A stretch of 48,675 nt of DNA from a virus (Duplodnaviria; Caudoviricetes). Below the pieces are notes generated by a model. It was not told where the DNA came from. It did not search any database and saw nothing but the letters and a program-made list of their open reading frames with translations. Position numbers and translations under genes: made by a program. Positions 27,511 to 35,904 of this stretch are shown piece by piece (positions within the stretch are counted from its first letter, which is position 1; each line of letters starts with the position of its first letter). The stretch covers positions 1 to 48,675 of the IMG/VR virus record IMGVR_UViG_3300044728_000115; one strand, 5' to 3'.

Positions 27511-28649
27511 GCTGCACGTCCCCAGTTGGCCGTGGCCTTGATCTTGGCCTTGTCCGCGCGCGACCTGAACCGCGCCGCGATGTTGAACTCCTCGACCATG
27601 AGGTCGTCGGTCAGCAGCGTGGGGTGAAGCCCCAGCTCGCGCAGCTGCCTGTTCTCGACAATGAGGCCGTTCTCCGCAGCCTCCCGCCGTGGGTTGTCAA
27701 CGAGGTTGACCTCTGCCCCGGTGAGCGTGCTGATCTTGGCGGCGAGGTCGATCACCCGGTGCGTCTCGGTCATCTGGTTCATGATCCTGACCCGCTCGCC
27801 CGCCTTGGGTGGGTTCGCCAGCGCCAGCTCCAGACAGGCGATGCTGTCGTTGATGTTGATGAAGGCGCGTGTCTGGCCCCCGGTGCCGTGGACCGTCAGC
27901 GGATAGCCGATTGCCGCCTGCATCAGGAACCGGTTGAGCACCGTGCCGAAGTCGCCATCGTAGTCGAACCGGTTGATGAGCGTGTCGTCCTGCCGGGTCT
28001 CCGGTGTCTGCGTGCCCCAGACGATACCTTGGTGTAGGTCCGTTATACGAATGCCGTGGTTCCGCGCGAAGAACGCGAACAGCGTCTGATCGACCACCTT
28101 GGTGGCGTGATAGAGCGACCCCGGCGAGGTTGGGTGCAGGATCGACTGGCTGACCCCGTCAACCGTCACGTCGATGTAGCCCTCTGGGATGGTCGCTCCC
28201 GGCACCGCGCCGTAGCCGTACACGCCCATGGTGCCGATGTGGATGATATGCGGCGGCTCCTCCAGCTCGACTGCCGTGGACAGCAGTGCCGTGGTCGCCA
28301 GCACGTTGTTGGTGACCGTTTCCATCTTGGTGTCGAGGCTGCGCATCGAATACGGCGCTGATGGCTGCACCGCAAGGTGGATGACTGCCTCGGGGCAGAA
28401 GTCCTCCATCGTGACCTGCATCCGCTCATGGTCGTCCACATCGTGCGTGTAGCATTCGATCTGGTCGTAAGGCGTCCGCTCATGCCAGCGCAGCAGCCTG
28501 TCGGCCAGCGGCGCGATGGGCGTGAGCGACCGCGCCAGCCGCCGCCGCAAGCCGTTGTCCACGATCATCACCTGATGACCCTTGCTCGACAGCCGCAATG
28601 TCAATGGCCAGCCGATGAAGCCGTCCCCACCCGTGATTAAAATTCTCAT
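27507..28649 (-). CDS. sqdB: UDP-sulfoquinovose synthase
   Basis: GGDGFIGWP, SLTPIA, SAPYSM, GTMGVYG, IPEGY, PGSLYHATK, RITDLHQGIVWG, NRFDYDGDFGTVLNRF.MQAAIGYPLTVHGTGGQTRAFI, NQMTETHRV: SqdB/SQD1-specific motifs. Start at 28649 (ATGA overlap). Confidence 0.92.
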   Translation of the reverse strand: MRILITGGDGFIGWPLTLRLSSKGHQVMIVDNGLRRRLARSLTPIAPLADRLLRWHERTPYDQIECYTHDVDDHERMQVTMEDFCPEAVIHLAVQPSAPYSMRSLDTKMETVTNNVLATTALLSTAVELEEPPHIIHIGTMGVYGYGAVPGATIPEGYIDVTVDGVSQSILHPTSPGSLYHATKVVDQTLFAFFARNHGIRITDLHQGIVWGTQTPETRQDDTLINRFDYDGDFGTVLNRFLMQAAIGYPLTVHGTGGQTRAFININDSIACLELALANPPKAGERVRIMNQMTETHRVIDLAAKISTLTGAEVNLVDNPRREAAENGLIVENRQLRELGLHPTLLTDDLMVEEFNIAARFRSRADKAKIKATANWGRAA

Positions 28650-29410
28650 CGCTGCGCAACCTTGTTCGTCCTCGTCACGGCAATTCGTAACGGAGCCACC
28701 TGCCTTTTCTTCGCATAGCCCGGTGCCTTGAGCGACAGTGAGTTGCCCCACTTCTCGACTAATCCCCTGCTTGCTGACGTGAATTGCTCGGGCGTCACCA
28801 CGCCGACATTCCCGCCGCGACCTGCGAACGCATCCCCGGTGTCGAAGTAATACCTGATGTCCGCCAGCAGGCACCTGTCCTTGAGCAACGTCTGCAGCGC
28901 CCAGTCGATGTCGGCCCTGCCGGTGAAGCGCGTCTCGTACTTGCGATGCCGCGCCGCACCCATAATCCCCAGTGCGGTGCAAACCGCCTGCGTGGGGACG
29001 AACGGCCTGACGTCTGGATGGATGACGGTCGTGTTCGGCGTCCGCGACCAGCAGAACGTGGTCAGGTCCAAGTCCTTGCAAGCCTGCGCGCCGTTCTCGA
29101 TGATGGCCAGTATCTCCTCGCTGTTGGTGATGAAGCGCTTCGATCCGGTGGTGACCTGAACCCCGGCGAAGTCGTCGTCCACCTCAACGAGGATGTCGTT
29201 GGGCACGTTGTCCTGCATCCAGTTCATCACTGCTGGCAGTCCCTCCATGGGAGGGTGCGTGAGCAGGTTCGGAGCCGGGACCACTGCCGCGTAGTCGTCG
29301 TGCTCGCGCTCGTCTATGCAGATGATCGCGGTCGGCAGCAGCAGCCTGATCGTGCCCATGTTATGCGCGCGCCGCCGCGACGGAACGATGATCTGGTAGT
29401 CGAGCTTCAT
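28646..29410 (-). CDS. GREB1/TAGT-like (TET/JBP-associated family) glycosyltransferase
   Basis: IIVPSRRR, VEVDDD, ADIDWALQ.L, GGN, L.EKWG motifs of the GREB1-related GT-A family; start at 29410 (ATGA overlap). Confidence 0.75.
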   Translation of the reverse strand: MKLDYQIIVPSRRRAHNMGTIRLLLPTAIICIDEREHDDYAAVVPAPNLLTHPPMEGLPAVMNWMQDNVPNDILVEVDDDFAGVQVTTGSKRFITNSEEILAIIENGAQACKDLDLTTFCWSRTPNTTVIHPDVRPFVPTQAVCTALGIMGAARHRKYETRFTGRADIDWALQTLLKDRCLLADIRYYFDTGDAFAGRGGNVGVVTPEQFTSASRGLVEKWGNSLSLKAPGYAKKRQVAPLRIAVTRTNKVAQR

Positions 29411-29607
29411 GGCTTGTCCCTCAGGATGATCGAGGCGCGCCTGATCTTCTCGCCCTCGCGCTTCTCTGCCCGCGCCATGACGATGCCCCAGACCACCCGC
29501 CGAACATGCCAGCGCCCGTTGCCTTGCTTGCTGCAGAGCGCCCACGCCCCATGATTTGCCGCGCGCTTCCAGCCCACTGGCTGCATGATGCGGTCCAGCT
29601 CGTTCAC
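29407..29607 (-). CDS. Small basic hypothetical protein
   Basis: GTGA/ATGA coupling at both ends within the cassette. Confidence 0.5.
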   Translation of the reverse strand: MNELDRIMQPVGWKRAANHGAWALCSKQGNGRWHVRRVVWGIVMARAEKREGEKIRRASIILRDKP

Positions 29608-29912
29608 CTGAACAGCCCGCGCGTATGCTCCCGCGTCCACGGCAGTATCTCGTTCTGCTTGGCGAAGAAGTGCTCGCCGTATTTCGAGTGGTTGATGCGC
29701 CAGCGCTTCTCTGGCTCGGCGTCCAAGCTCCTGAAGACGTGCCAGCCGCCGATGCGGTTGAACTCCTTGTAGGTCGCAGGCCCGACCTCCTTCCTGATGA
29801 CCTCGGCCTCCTGCTTGACGGTCTCCACCGCCGCCTCGACGGTCTCCACCGACTGCTCGACCGTTTCAATCTCCTGCTCGGCAGTCTCGACCGCTTGGTC
29901 GATCACCTCCAT
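29604..29912 (-). CDS. Hypothetical protein with heptad (21-nt) repeats
   Basis: AVETAEQ-EIETVEQ-SVETVEA-AVETVKQ coiled coil, then a small globular domain; start uncertain. Confidence 0.55.
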   Translation of the reverse strand: MEVIDQAVETAEQEIETVEQSVETVEAAVETVKQEAEVIRKEVGPATYKEFNRIGGWHVFRSLDAEPEKRWRINHSKYGEHFFAKQNEILPWTREHTRGLFR

Positions 29913-29950
29913 CGCCTGCTGAAGTGGACTGCGCCCCGCTGTCGCGAAGT

Positions 29951-30394
29951 TTAAGCGGCCTTCCCCTTCTTTGGCTTTGCCTTCACCTCCGCGACCGGCA
30001 CGACCTCCAGCAGCTTGCTTGCCCTTATCGCCCGACATGTTCCCATCCTTCCATGACGTCTGGCCTGAGGCTCCAGCCCCAAGCGCTCGCACAACACGTT
30101 CCATTCCTGCGTGGTCGTGGCCAGCACCACAAGGTAGTCGTAGTGCTCGTGAGGCTGCAGAGCCATGCCCTCCACCTCCCGCAGCGTCTCTGGTTTATCC
30201 TTGATGTCCTCGATCAGCTCGACGTGCAGGTCAGCCAGCATCCCGTTCAACCCACGCAAGACCGGCTTGATATGGTCGAACTGAAGCGCCCGACAGTCGT
30301 CAAATCCGCAGCGCTGGCAGCGCCCGCCCATCACCGCGATAGCCGCGCGCCTCACCTTCGCACGGTATCGCGCGTGTTTACTCAATTCCGCCAT
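29951..30394 (-). CDS. Chimeric protein: half-HNH zinc finger plus a domain seen next to GREB1-like GTs/ParB
   Basis: GGRCQRCG....ALQFDHI.P then MALQPHEHYDYLVV.....EW..LCERLGL...G.CRAI; RBS AGGGAGG. Confidence 0.6.
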   Translation of the reverse strand: MAELSKHARYRAKVRRAAIAVMGGRCQRCGFDDCRALQFDHIKPVLRGLNGMLADLHVELIEDIKDKPETLREVEGMALQPHEHYDYLVVLATTTQEWNVLCERLGLEPQARRHGRMGTCRAIRASKLLEVVPVAEVKAKPKKGKAA

Positions 30395-30415
30395 GTCGCC
30401 TCCCTATGCTTCGGT

Positions 30416-30505
30416 AATTAAAGGGGAATTTGAATTTGGGCAAATATATTTATAGAAAGCCGTCACGCGGTCCCCGCATTTAGTCCCTGTCAGGTAGTAC
30501 CTTGG
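30416..30505 (-). promoter_or_regulatory. Candidate cos/packaging initiation site with an AT-rich tract
   Basis: Minus strand AGGTACTACCTG...GCGGGGACCGCG...CTTTCTATAAATATATTT; layout recalls lambda cosQ-cosN-cosB; GpA-type terminase present. Inference only. Confidence 0.4.
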
Positions 30506-30829
30506 TGCCCTGAGGCTGCTTGGTGCAATGATCATGATCGGACGCTGTCGTGCTTTGGCTGTTTGCATTGCGTTGGTCTGATTGGATGACCTTGGTTGTC
30601 GTGAGGCTGCTTGGTGCCTTGCATTTGGCTTGGTGCTTGGTTCTGTTCGTGGCCTTGGTCATGACCATGTTCGTGTTCGTGATCCTGAGAGTGACCATGC
30701 TCGTACCCGATGTCCTGAGGAGATGGATGATGGTGCGTGGTGGCTGGTGGTCTGTCTTGGCTTGGGCGAACGTCATCGTCGCAGTCGTTGGTCTGTTGGC
30801 CGTGGCCATGATCGTGGTCTGAGGCTGCT
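30501..30829. repeat. G/T-skewed repeat tract (TGAGGCTGCTTGGTGC x2, TGAGGCTGCT x3, CTTGGT many)
   Basis: 16-mer at 30511 and 30602, 10-mer at 30820; CTTGGTGC also at 30501 and 30629; TGACCATG(T/C)TCGT...TCCTGAG twice in about 30662-30720. Confidence 0.7.
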
Positions 30830-30836
30830 ACGGTCC

Positions 30837-31430
30837 TCATCGAGCCGTCTTCATCGCCTTGGCGACAGCGAGTGGAATGGTTCTGCGCATCTCTCTGGCC
30901 ATGGATACAGCGAAGTCCTCATAGAAGGGGACGCTCTTAGGGATGACTGTTGCCTTCTTCAGCGCATAGACCAGCGTGACCTTCCCCTTCTTATCTCTGG
31001 TGAACAGCATTCCGTTGCGCTTGAAGCTGTTCTTCAGGTTCTTTGGACGCAGGCGCTTTGGCACGCCTCTCGCGCCCTTTGGTATCTTGCTTGATGGCAC
31101 TGCGAGGCTTCCACCGCCCAACGGGGTTCGCGTCCCGCCCGTGGCGTGCATGAGCAGGTTGCCTCTGTTCAGGCGGTCATAGATTTCCACTGACAGGCTG
31201 GTCTTTGACGCCTTGGCCTGTCTGGTCGTCAGCGAGGCTGCGATGAACGATGGATTGCGTGCGTCGATGGCTGTTGGCCACGTCACCTTGACGAGGAAGT
31301 CGCGCGTTATATCGACTGACCTGTTCATGGCCGTGGCGAGCGCGAAGGGCACTTGGTCGATCCTCGCGCCCAGTGCGGTGCTGTACTTGACCAAGTCCAC
31401 AATATCGAACTCGACGCGCCCTAAGCTCAT
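30837..31430 (-). CDS. Phage protein (lambda gpZ-like tail/neck protein, tentative)
   Basis: QVPFALATAMNR, GGTRTP....LAVP, A..KAMKTAR; basic protein just before the cos-like region; RBS AGGGAG. Confidence 0.55.
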   Translation of the reverse strand: MSLGRVEFDIVDLVKYSTALGARIDQVPFALATAMNRSVDITRDFLVKVTWPTAIDARNPSFIAASLTTRQAKASKTSLSVEIYDRLNRGNLLMHATGGTRTPLGGGSLAVPSSKIPKGARGVPKRLRPKNLKNSFKRNGMLFTRDKKGKVTLVYALKKATVIPKSVPFYEDFAVSMAREMRRTIPLAVAKAMKTAR

Positions 31431-31526
31431 GATCGTGCTCCCTGAATTGGAAAGGGCGGCGACCGAAGCCACCGCCCTCCCGTGTTGCGTGGAGATGGAG
31501 CAAGCATCTGCACTACCGCAATCCTT

Positions 31527-31751
31527 CTATATCCCATGGTTCACGTCCGACCAACCGGCCTGCTTGCGCCTGAGCTGGTGCATGAGTTCTGTCCCTTCGT
31601 AGACGTCGATCTGGATCGCCTTTTTCTCTGACATGTCATCGACATAGGCCGTGATCTGGCCAATCTCGTAGGGCACGTCAGGCTCGTAGACCAGTGTCGC
31701 TGTCTTGAGCGTGAAGTTGTAGTCGATGGAGGTGAGGCCCTGATCCCTCAC
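31527..31751 (-). CDS. Hypothetical protein
   Basis: GTGA-coupled ORF. Confidence 0.5.
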   Translation of the reverse strand: MRDQGLTSIDYNFTLKTATLVYEPDVPYEIGQITAYVDDMSEKKAIQIDVYEGTELMHQLRRKQAGWSDVNHGI

Positions 31752-31918
31752 TGGCTCTCAGCCCACGTGTGCAGCAGCTTGGCGAAGTCTTCGCGCGTCT
31801 CCAGCCGGGAGAGCTTGATGTCTGCCAGCTGGTCGCCCAGCTTCAGCAGTTCGCCGTAGCTCATGGCGGTGATCGCCGCGCAGAGGATGTCGTGAGCTGT
31901 CTTGTCACCCTTGGCCAT
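31748..31918 (-). CDS. Small hypothetical protein (56 aa)
   Basis: Manual translation MAKGDKTAHDILCAAITAMSYGELLKLGDQL...; RBS AGGGAG. Confidence 0.6.
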   Translation of the reverse strand: MAKGDKTAHDILCAAITAMSYGELLKLGDQLADIKLSRLETREDFAKLLHTWAESQ

Positions 31919-31930
31919 GTTGGCTCCCTT

Positions 31931-32200
31931 TCAGTTCAACGTCCTGAGTTTGCTCGTGTACTTGCCGCTGAGGTAGGTAAAGCGCATCTGCATCTCCTGT
32001 TCCAGCATGATATGGCGGAACGTCTGGCACCACCATGGCAGCTCTATCGGGGTCAGCACATGGGCCTTGGAGCGCTCGAAAGCGCCCAGCAGCACGTTGA
32101 CGGCCTGCTCGATGTCCATGTCTGGCGTGAGGTCGCCGTCCGCGATCCACTCTGCCACCAGCTTCCGCAGATACGCCTTGTCGTCCATTGCCTCTGTCAT
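31931..32200 (-). CDS. Hypothetical protein
   Basis: ATGA-coupled ORF in the minus-strand operon. Confidence 0.6.
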   Translation of the reverse strand: MTEAMDDKAYLRKLVAEWIADGDLTPDMDIEQAVNVLLGAFERSKAHVLTPIELPWWCQTFRHIMLEQEMQMRFTYLSGKYTSKLRTLN

Positions 32201-32442
32201 TTCAGCACTCCACCCAGCTGGGGATCGACCTCGTACTTCTTGAGCTTGGTCAGCAGCGCCATCATCTGCTTGGTCTCGATCATGCCCTCGTTGTACTGAG
32301 CGCGCGTGATCTGGCCTTCGTGCAGGAAGCTGTCGGCGTAGGTCACGTCTGTCCTGATGAACAGGTCCAGCGCGTCGATCAGTCCGATCAGCGCCTCATG
32401 CCACTCTGGCGGTCCCTCAAAGCGGTCAACGATCATGGTCAT
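32197..32442 (-). CDS. Hypothetical protein
   Basis: RBS GGAGG; coupled. Confidence 0.6.
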   Translation of the reverse strand: MTMIVDRFEGPPEWHEALIGLIDALDLFIRTDVTYADSFLHEGQITRAQYNEGMIETKQMMALLTKLKKYEVDPQLGGVLK

Positions 32443-32707
32443 CCCATCCTCCCTCCAAGCTAATCCTTATTTGCGTGCTGCTTGCAGGTCCAAGCACGAT
32501 GTGCTGCCCCTGCATCTGGCCTGCCATCAGCGCTTTCACCTTGGCGTGATCCTCAGCCGACAACGCCAATAGGTCCGTGTCGTCACCAAAGCTGATAGTC
32601 CAGAAGTTCTGTTTGAAGGGCGGCTGGAGCGGCGTCACCAGTACGCTACTGAGCCTGCGCTTGAGTTTACCGTCGAGCTTGTGCTGTCCGTCATCAGTGC
32701 CCGCCAC
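32426..32707 (-). CDS. Hypothetical protein
   Basis: GTG start after GAGG; overlaps neighbours. Confidence 0.5.
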   Translation of the reverse strand: MAGTDDGQHKLDGKLKRRLSSVLVTPLQPPFKQNFWTISFGDDTDLLALSAEDHAKVKALMAGQMQGQHIVLGPASSTQIRISLEGGWDDHDR

Positions 32708-32996
32708 GCCTCACCCCCAGTCTCACGCAGCCCTGATCCTCAAGCTGGATGATGAGCTGGTCGCCGCGCTCTGCGATGCAATACCGGTCCATCCACTTCT
32801 CGATCTTCCTGCCGTTCTCCTCGGTGAAGGGGAGAATGCACGCCTTGCCAAGCGCGCTCTCTGGCATCTGGAGCTGAAACATCTTCTCGCCCCGCCTTGG
32901 CTTGTAGGCGTCCACGTCTGGGATGATCGGCACCCTGATGCTGGTGACAAACTCGACAGCCATGCTGGCGCTGTTCTTACCGTCCTCGATCTTCAT
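32694..32996 (-). CDS. Hypothetical protein
   Basis: ATGA-coupled to the helicase. Confidence 0.6.
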   Translation of the reverse strand: MKIEDGKNSASMAVEFVTSIRVPIIPDVDAYKPRRGEKMFQLQMPESALGKACILPFTEENGRKIEKWMDRYCIAERGDQLIIQLEDQGCVRLGVRRGGH

Positions 32997-34588
32997 CGCG
33001 TCCGCTCCTCGTACCTGCGTGCCGCCTCGTCCTCTGCGTGCGCCATGGCGAGCTGGCCCTTGGCCTTGCCTTTGGCGTAGGCGATCTGCCGTGACTTAAT
33101 CCAGCTCAGCGTGCTTGGACGCGGGTAGATCGGCACTGCATGCTTCATGTCGTTACCCGGCCACAGCCCGATCCGCTCGCGATACTGGTTTGCTGCCCAG
33201 CCATCCTTGTAGCCCTTGCTCTGCGCGTACCATCGAAGCTCGGCATAGAACGCCGCCTTCTCCTCCTGCGTGGCTGGCACGTAGGTCGCGTCGCCTGCCT
33301 TGGGCTTTGGAGCGCGCTTCAGCTCGCGCAGCTCACCTTCGTCATGGTTGAGCTTGGACACCATCTCTGCCTTGAAGCCGCACTGAGGGCACACCGACAC
33401 CTTGGGCGACCTGAGGTAGGCGCACTTGGGGCACTCCTTGGGGAGACGAATACCCGCTGTCCGGTTCTCATGCTGAGGGGCTTTCCCCTCCTTCAGCTTG
33501 GTGTAGCTCTGGTCGATGTCCGTGACGAAGCCCAGACGCTGGTGGTTGTCTGAGTGGTCGAGGATCAGACAGTGGTCCTTACCCGGTGCCGTGCGCAGTC
33601 CGCGTCCAACGATCTGGACGAACAGCATGTCTGACTTGGTTGGCCTGCACATCGAGATACAGCGCACATCCCAGTCGATGCCCGTGGTCAGCGTTCCCAC
33701 GTTGCACACCACCTGCAGGTCGCCGTTGTGGAACGACCGCTTAAGCGCCTTGCGCTCGTCGTCCTTGGTGAAGGCGTCCTGATAGCCGCACTTCACGCCC
33801 GCTGCCTGAAACCTCTGCTGCAGGGTCTTGGCGTGGGCACGATCCACCGCGTAGCACAGGGTTGGCCTGTTCTCGCCCAGTCGCAACCACGTATCCACTG
33901 CATCTGCGACGAGAGCGCCCTGCTGCATCGCCTTGGACAGCTGGCCTTCGTGGTAATCGCCCGCGACCGTCTTCACCTCGCTGAGGTCTGGATGGCTTGG
34001 TGCGTACACCTTGAAGTCTGACAGCAAGCCCATCTCGATCAGGTTGGCCGTGGTGTTGGCAACGATATGGCACTGCTCGGTCTCTGCCCGTGGCAAGCCG
34101 AACGGTCCGCGATACCAGTCGCCCAGTCCGCTGGTCCATGGCGTGGCTGAAAGCCCGATCACCGGCACCTGCCAGCCCTTGTCCTGAGACAGCACCGTCT
34201 CGTAGAACGTGAACCACCTGTGGCACTCGTCTACGATGACAAGGTCCGCGTCTGGCATTGGTCGCTTCATCAGCGTCTGAATGCTCGCCACCTGAATGGG
34301 CTGCGACCAGTCGGTCATGTGGTGATAGGCTTGGATCACCCCCACCTCTGAGATGCCCTGCTTCCAGAACATCTCGATGGTCTGGTCGATCAGTGAGATG
34401 GCAGGCACCGTGAACAGCACCTTCTTCTGCTTCTCACGCGCGCCGTTGACGAGCGCGCCAGCGAGCACAGTCTTCCCGAACCCTGTTGGTGCCTGCATGC
34501 AGATGCGCTTGTGGCCCATCGCCACCTTGCTCCGCATATTCTCGACGGCTTCAGTCTGGTCGCTTCGCAGTTCTCGAATTTCCATCAC
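32993..34588 (-). CDS. SF2 DEAD/DEAH-box helicase (RadD/YejH-like) with a zinc ribbon
   Basis: APTGFGKT, IVDECH, GLSATP, LTTGIDW, QIVGRGLR, LILDH, CPKC/CPQC, GYKDGWA. Confidence 0.93.
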   Translation of the reverse strand: MMEIRELRSDQTEAVENMRSKVAMGHKRICMQAPTGFGKTVLAGALVNGAREKQKKVLFTVPAISLIDQTIEMFWKQGISEVGVIQAYHHMTDWSQPIQVASIQTLMKRPMPDADLVIVDECHRWFTFYETVLSQDKGWQVPVIGLSATPWTSGLGDWYRGPFGLPRAETEQCHIVANTTANLIEMGLLSDFKVYAPSHPDLSEVKTVAGDYHEGQLSKAMQQGALVADAVDTWLRLGENRPTLCYAVDRAHAKTLQQRFQAAGVKCGYQDAFTKDDERKALKRSFHNGDLQVVCNVGTLTTGIDWDVRCISMCRPTKSDMLFVQIVGRGLRTAPGKDHCLILDHSDNHQRLGFVTDIDQSYTKLKEGKAPQHENRTAGIRLPKECPKCAYLRSPKVSVCPQCGFKAEMVSKLNHDEGELRELKRAPKPKAGDATYVPATQEEKAAFYAELRWYAQSKGYKDGWAANQYRERIGLWPGNDMKHAVPIYPRPSTLSWIKSRQIAYAKGKAKGQLAMAHAEDEAARRYEERTR

Positions 34589-34620
34589 GCTTGCTCCGTG
34601 TTAGGTAAGGTCGTCTTATC

Positions 34621-35565
34621 CTATTTCGCCATTGCTGTCAGCACATCATTCCAGTCCGTGCCCATGCTCGTGGGAATTTTCACCGTGACGGTCCGCGCCA
34701 TCCCTGCCTTGGTTGCTTCGTGAACCAGCCGCTTGGCCAGTGCGTAGGCTGCTGTCTGGCCCACGTAGTTCTCGTCAGCGTCTCCGAATATCGTGATGTG
34801 GCGAGCTATGGAGGGTGGGGACCACTTCTGGAGCAATCCTTCTGAGGTGGTCGCCCAGACCGGCATGCTGTGCAGAGCCGACGCTGAGAGCGCTGTCTCG
34901 ATCCCTTCCGCCACCCCCATGGTTTCTTGCTCTTGCCCCAGCCGTATCGCTCCTCCAGCTGGCAGCTCTCCCGGCATGAACATCCTGTTCGGCGTGACAT
35001 TGGCCTTGCTCCCCACGTGGCTGAGGTAGGTCCGGTGGATTTGCTTGGCGTTCCCCTCTGCGTCCCTGAACTGCGCAATCAGACAGGGGTGCTTGGTCTT
35101 GGTTGGACTGTGCGTGAGCGCCGGGACCAGCCTGAGCGTGTTCCGGTATCCCTTGAGGTCGAGGACCAGTCCGCGCGCCTCAAAGTAGCGCTGGACGATG
35201 GTGTTGCCGCTCACCGGCTCACCAGCCTGCCAGAGCCTGTTGAGGACATCGGGTCCTGCGATCTGCTTTGGTGCCGGTGCCGGTGGCTTGTCGGGCAGGT
35301 TGCCTATGATCCGGTCCACCTGAGCCGCCGCTTCCTTGAAGTCCCAGCCAAGCACCCGCTTGATGAGCGTGAAGCCGCTCCCCGGTCCGCACTGGCTGCA
35401 GAAGAAATCCCCGTCCTGCCTGCCATTGTCGAACCTGAAGCGGTCCGTCCCGCCGCAGCAGGGGCATGCGTGGTGCTTGCCGTCGAGCAGCGCTGCTGAG
35501 AAGCCCAATGCGGGCAGTATCTCAGGCCACCTGCCGTGAGCAGCCTCCTTGGTTGGCGTTCTCAT
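34621..35565 (-). CDS. DNA primase (P4-type zinc ribbon + TOPRIM)
   Basis: HHACPCCGGTDRFRFD...CSQCG.GSG, IHRTYL, GGAIRL, VAEGIETALSA, IFGDAD, DWND. Confidence 0.92.
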   Translation of the reverse strand: MRTPTKEAAHGRWPEILPALGFSAALLDGKHHACPCCGGTDRFRFDNGRQDGDFFCSQCGPGSGFTLIKRVLGWDFKEAAAQVDRIIGNLPDKPPAPAPKQIAGPDVLNRLWQAGEPVSGNTIVQRYFEARGLVLDLKGYRNTLRLVPALTHSPTKTKHPCLIAQFRDAEGNAKQIHRTYLSHVGSKANVTPNRMFMPGELPAGGAIRLGQEQETMGVAEGIETALSASALHSMPVWATTSEGLLQKWSPPSIARHITIFGDADENYVGQTAAYALAKRLVHEATKAGMARTVTVKIPTSMGTDWNDVLTAMAK

Positions 35566-35566
35566 C

Positions 35567-35872
35567 TCAGTCCTCCCACGGTGGCTTGGTCAGGTCCTCA
35601 AGCACGTCCATTGCTATGTCCTTGCCCCTGTGGGTCTTTGGCGGCGGCGGTGCCAAGCGCGGATCGCGGGCAATATCGTAAGCCGTTGGCTTGTATGGCC
35701 TTTGGTCCGTCTTCTTTGCCCACCCCTGCTCTGCCTTGAACGCCCGCTTCTCCAGCTTATCGCGTGGTGCGTTGTAGACCTTGCGCCCGTTCGTCAGCAC
35801 CTTGCCTTGGTCGTACTTCTCCTCGCGCTCCCTGAACTGCCTCGCCTTGTCCCACCGCATTTTCCCAGTCAA
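35567..35872 (-). CDS. Basic hypothetical protein
   Basis: RBS CAGGAGG before the TTG start; ends KPPWED. Confidence 0.55.
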   Translation of the reverse strand: MTGKMRWDKARQFREREEKYDQGKVLTNGRKVYNAPRDKLEKRAFKAEQGWAKKTDQRPYKPTAYDIARDPRLAPPPPKTHRGKDIAMDVLEDLTKPPWED

Positions 35873-35904
35873 TTTTCCCTCCTGAAATCAGAGCTTTGGT
35901 CATA

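Noticed and set aside
27507-28649. sqdB as a simple sulfolipid auxiliary metabolic gene or host contamination
   Set aside because: Embedded among phage genes with coupled overlaps and no sqdC/sqdD/sqdX. Not fully excluded, since a host SQDG synthase could use the product.
28650-29869. Long N-terminal extensions of ORFs 27507..29081 and 28646..29869
   Set aside because: Alternate-frame readthrough of upstream genes; family motifs begin at Met 28649 and Met 29410.
30550-30822. Hydrophobic 90-aa plus-strand ORF resembling a membrane protein
   Set aside because: Hydrophobicity follows from the G/T-skewed repeats; no RBS; opposite to the flanking operon.
30501-30829. Possible CRISPR array or DGR repeat pair
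   Set aside because: Repeats are short and irregularly spaced; no cas or reverse transcriptase gene seen.
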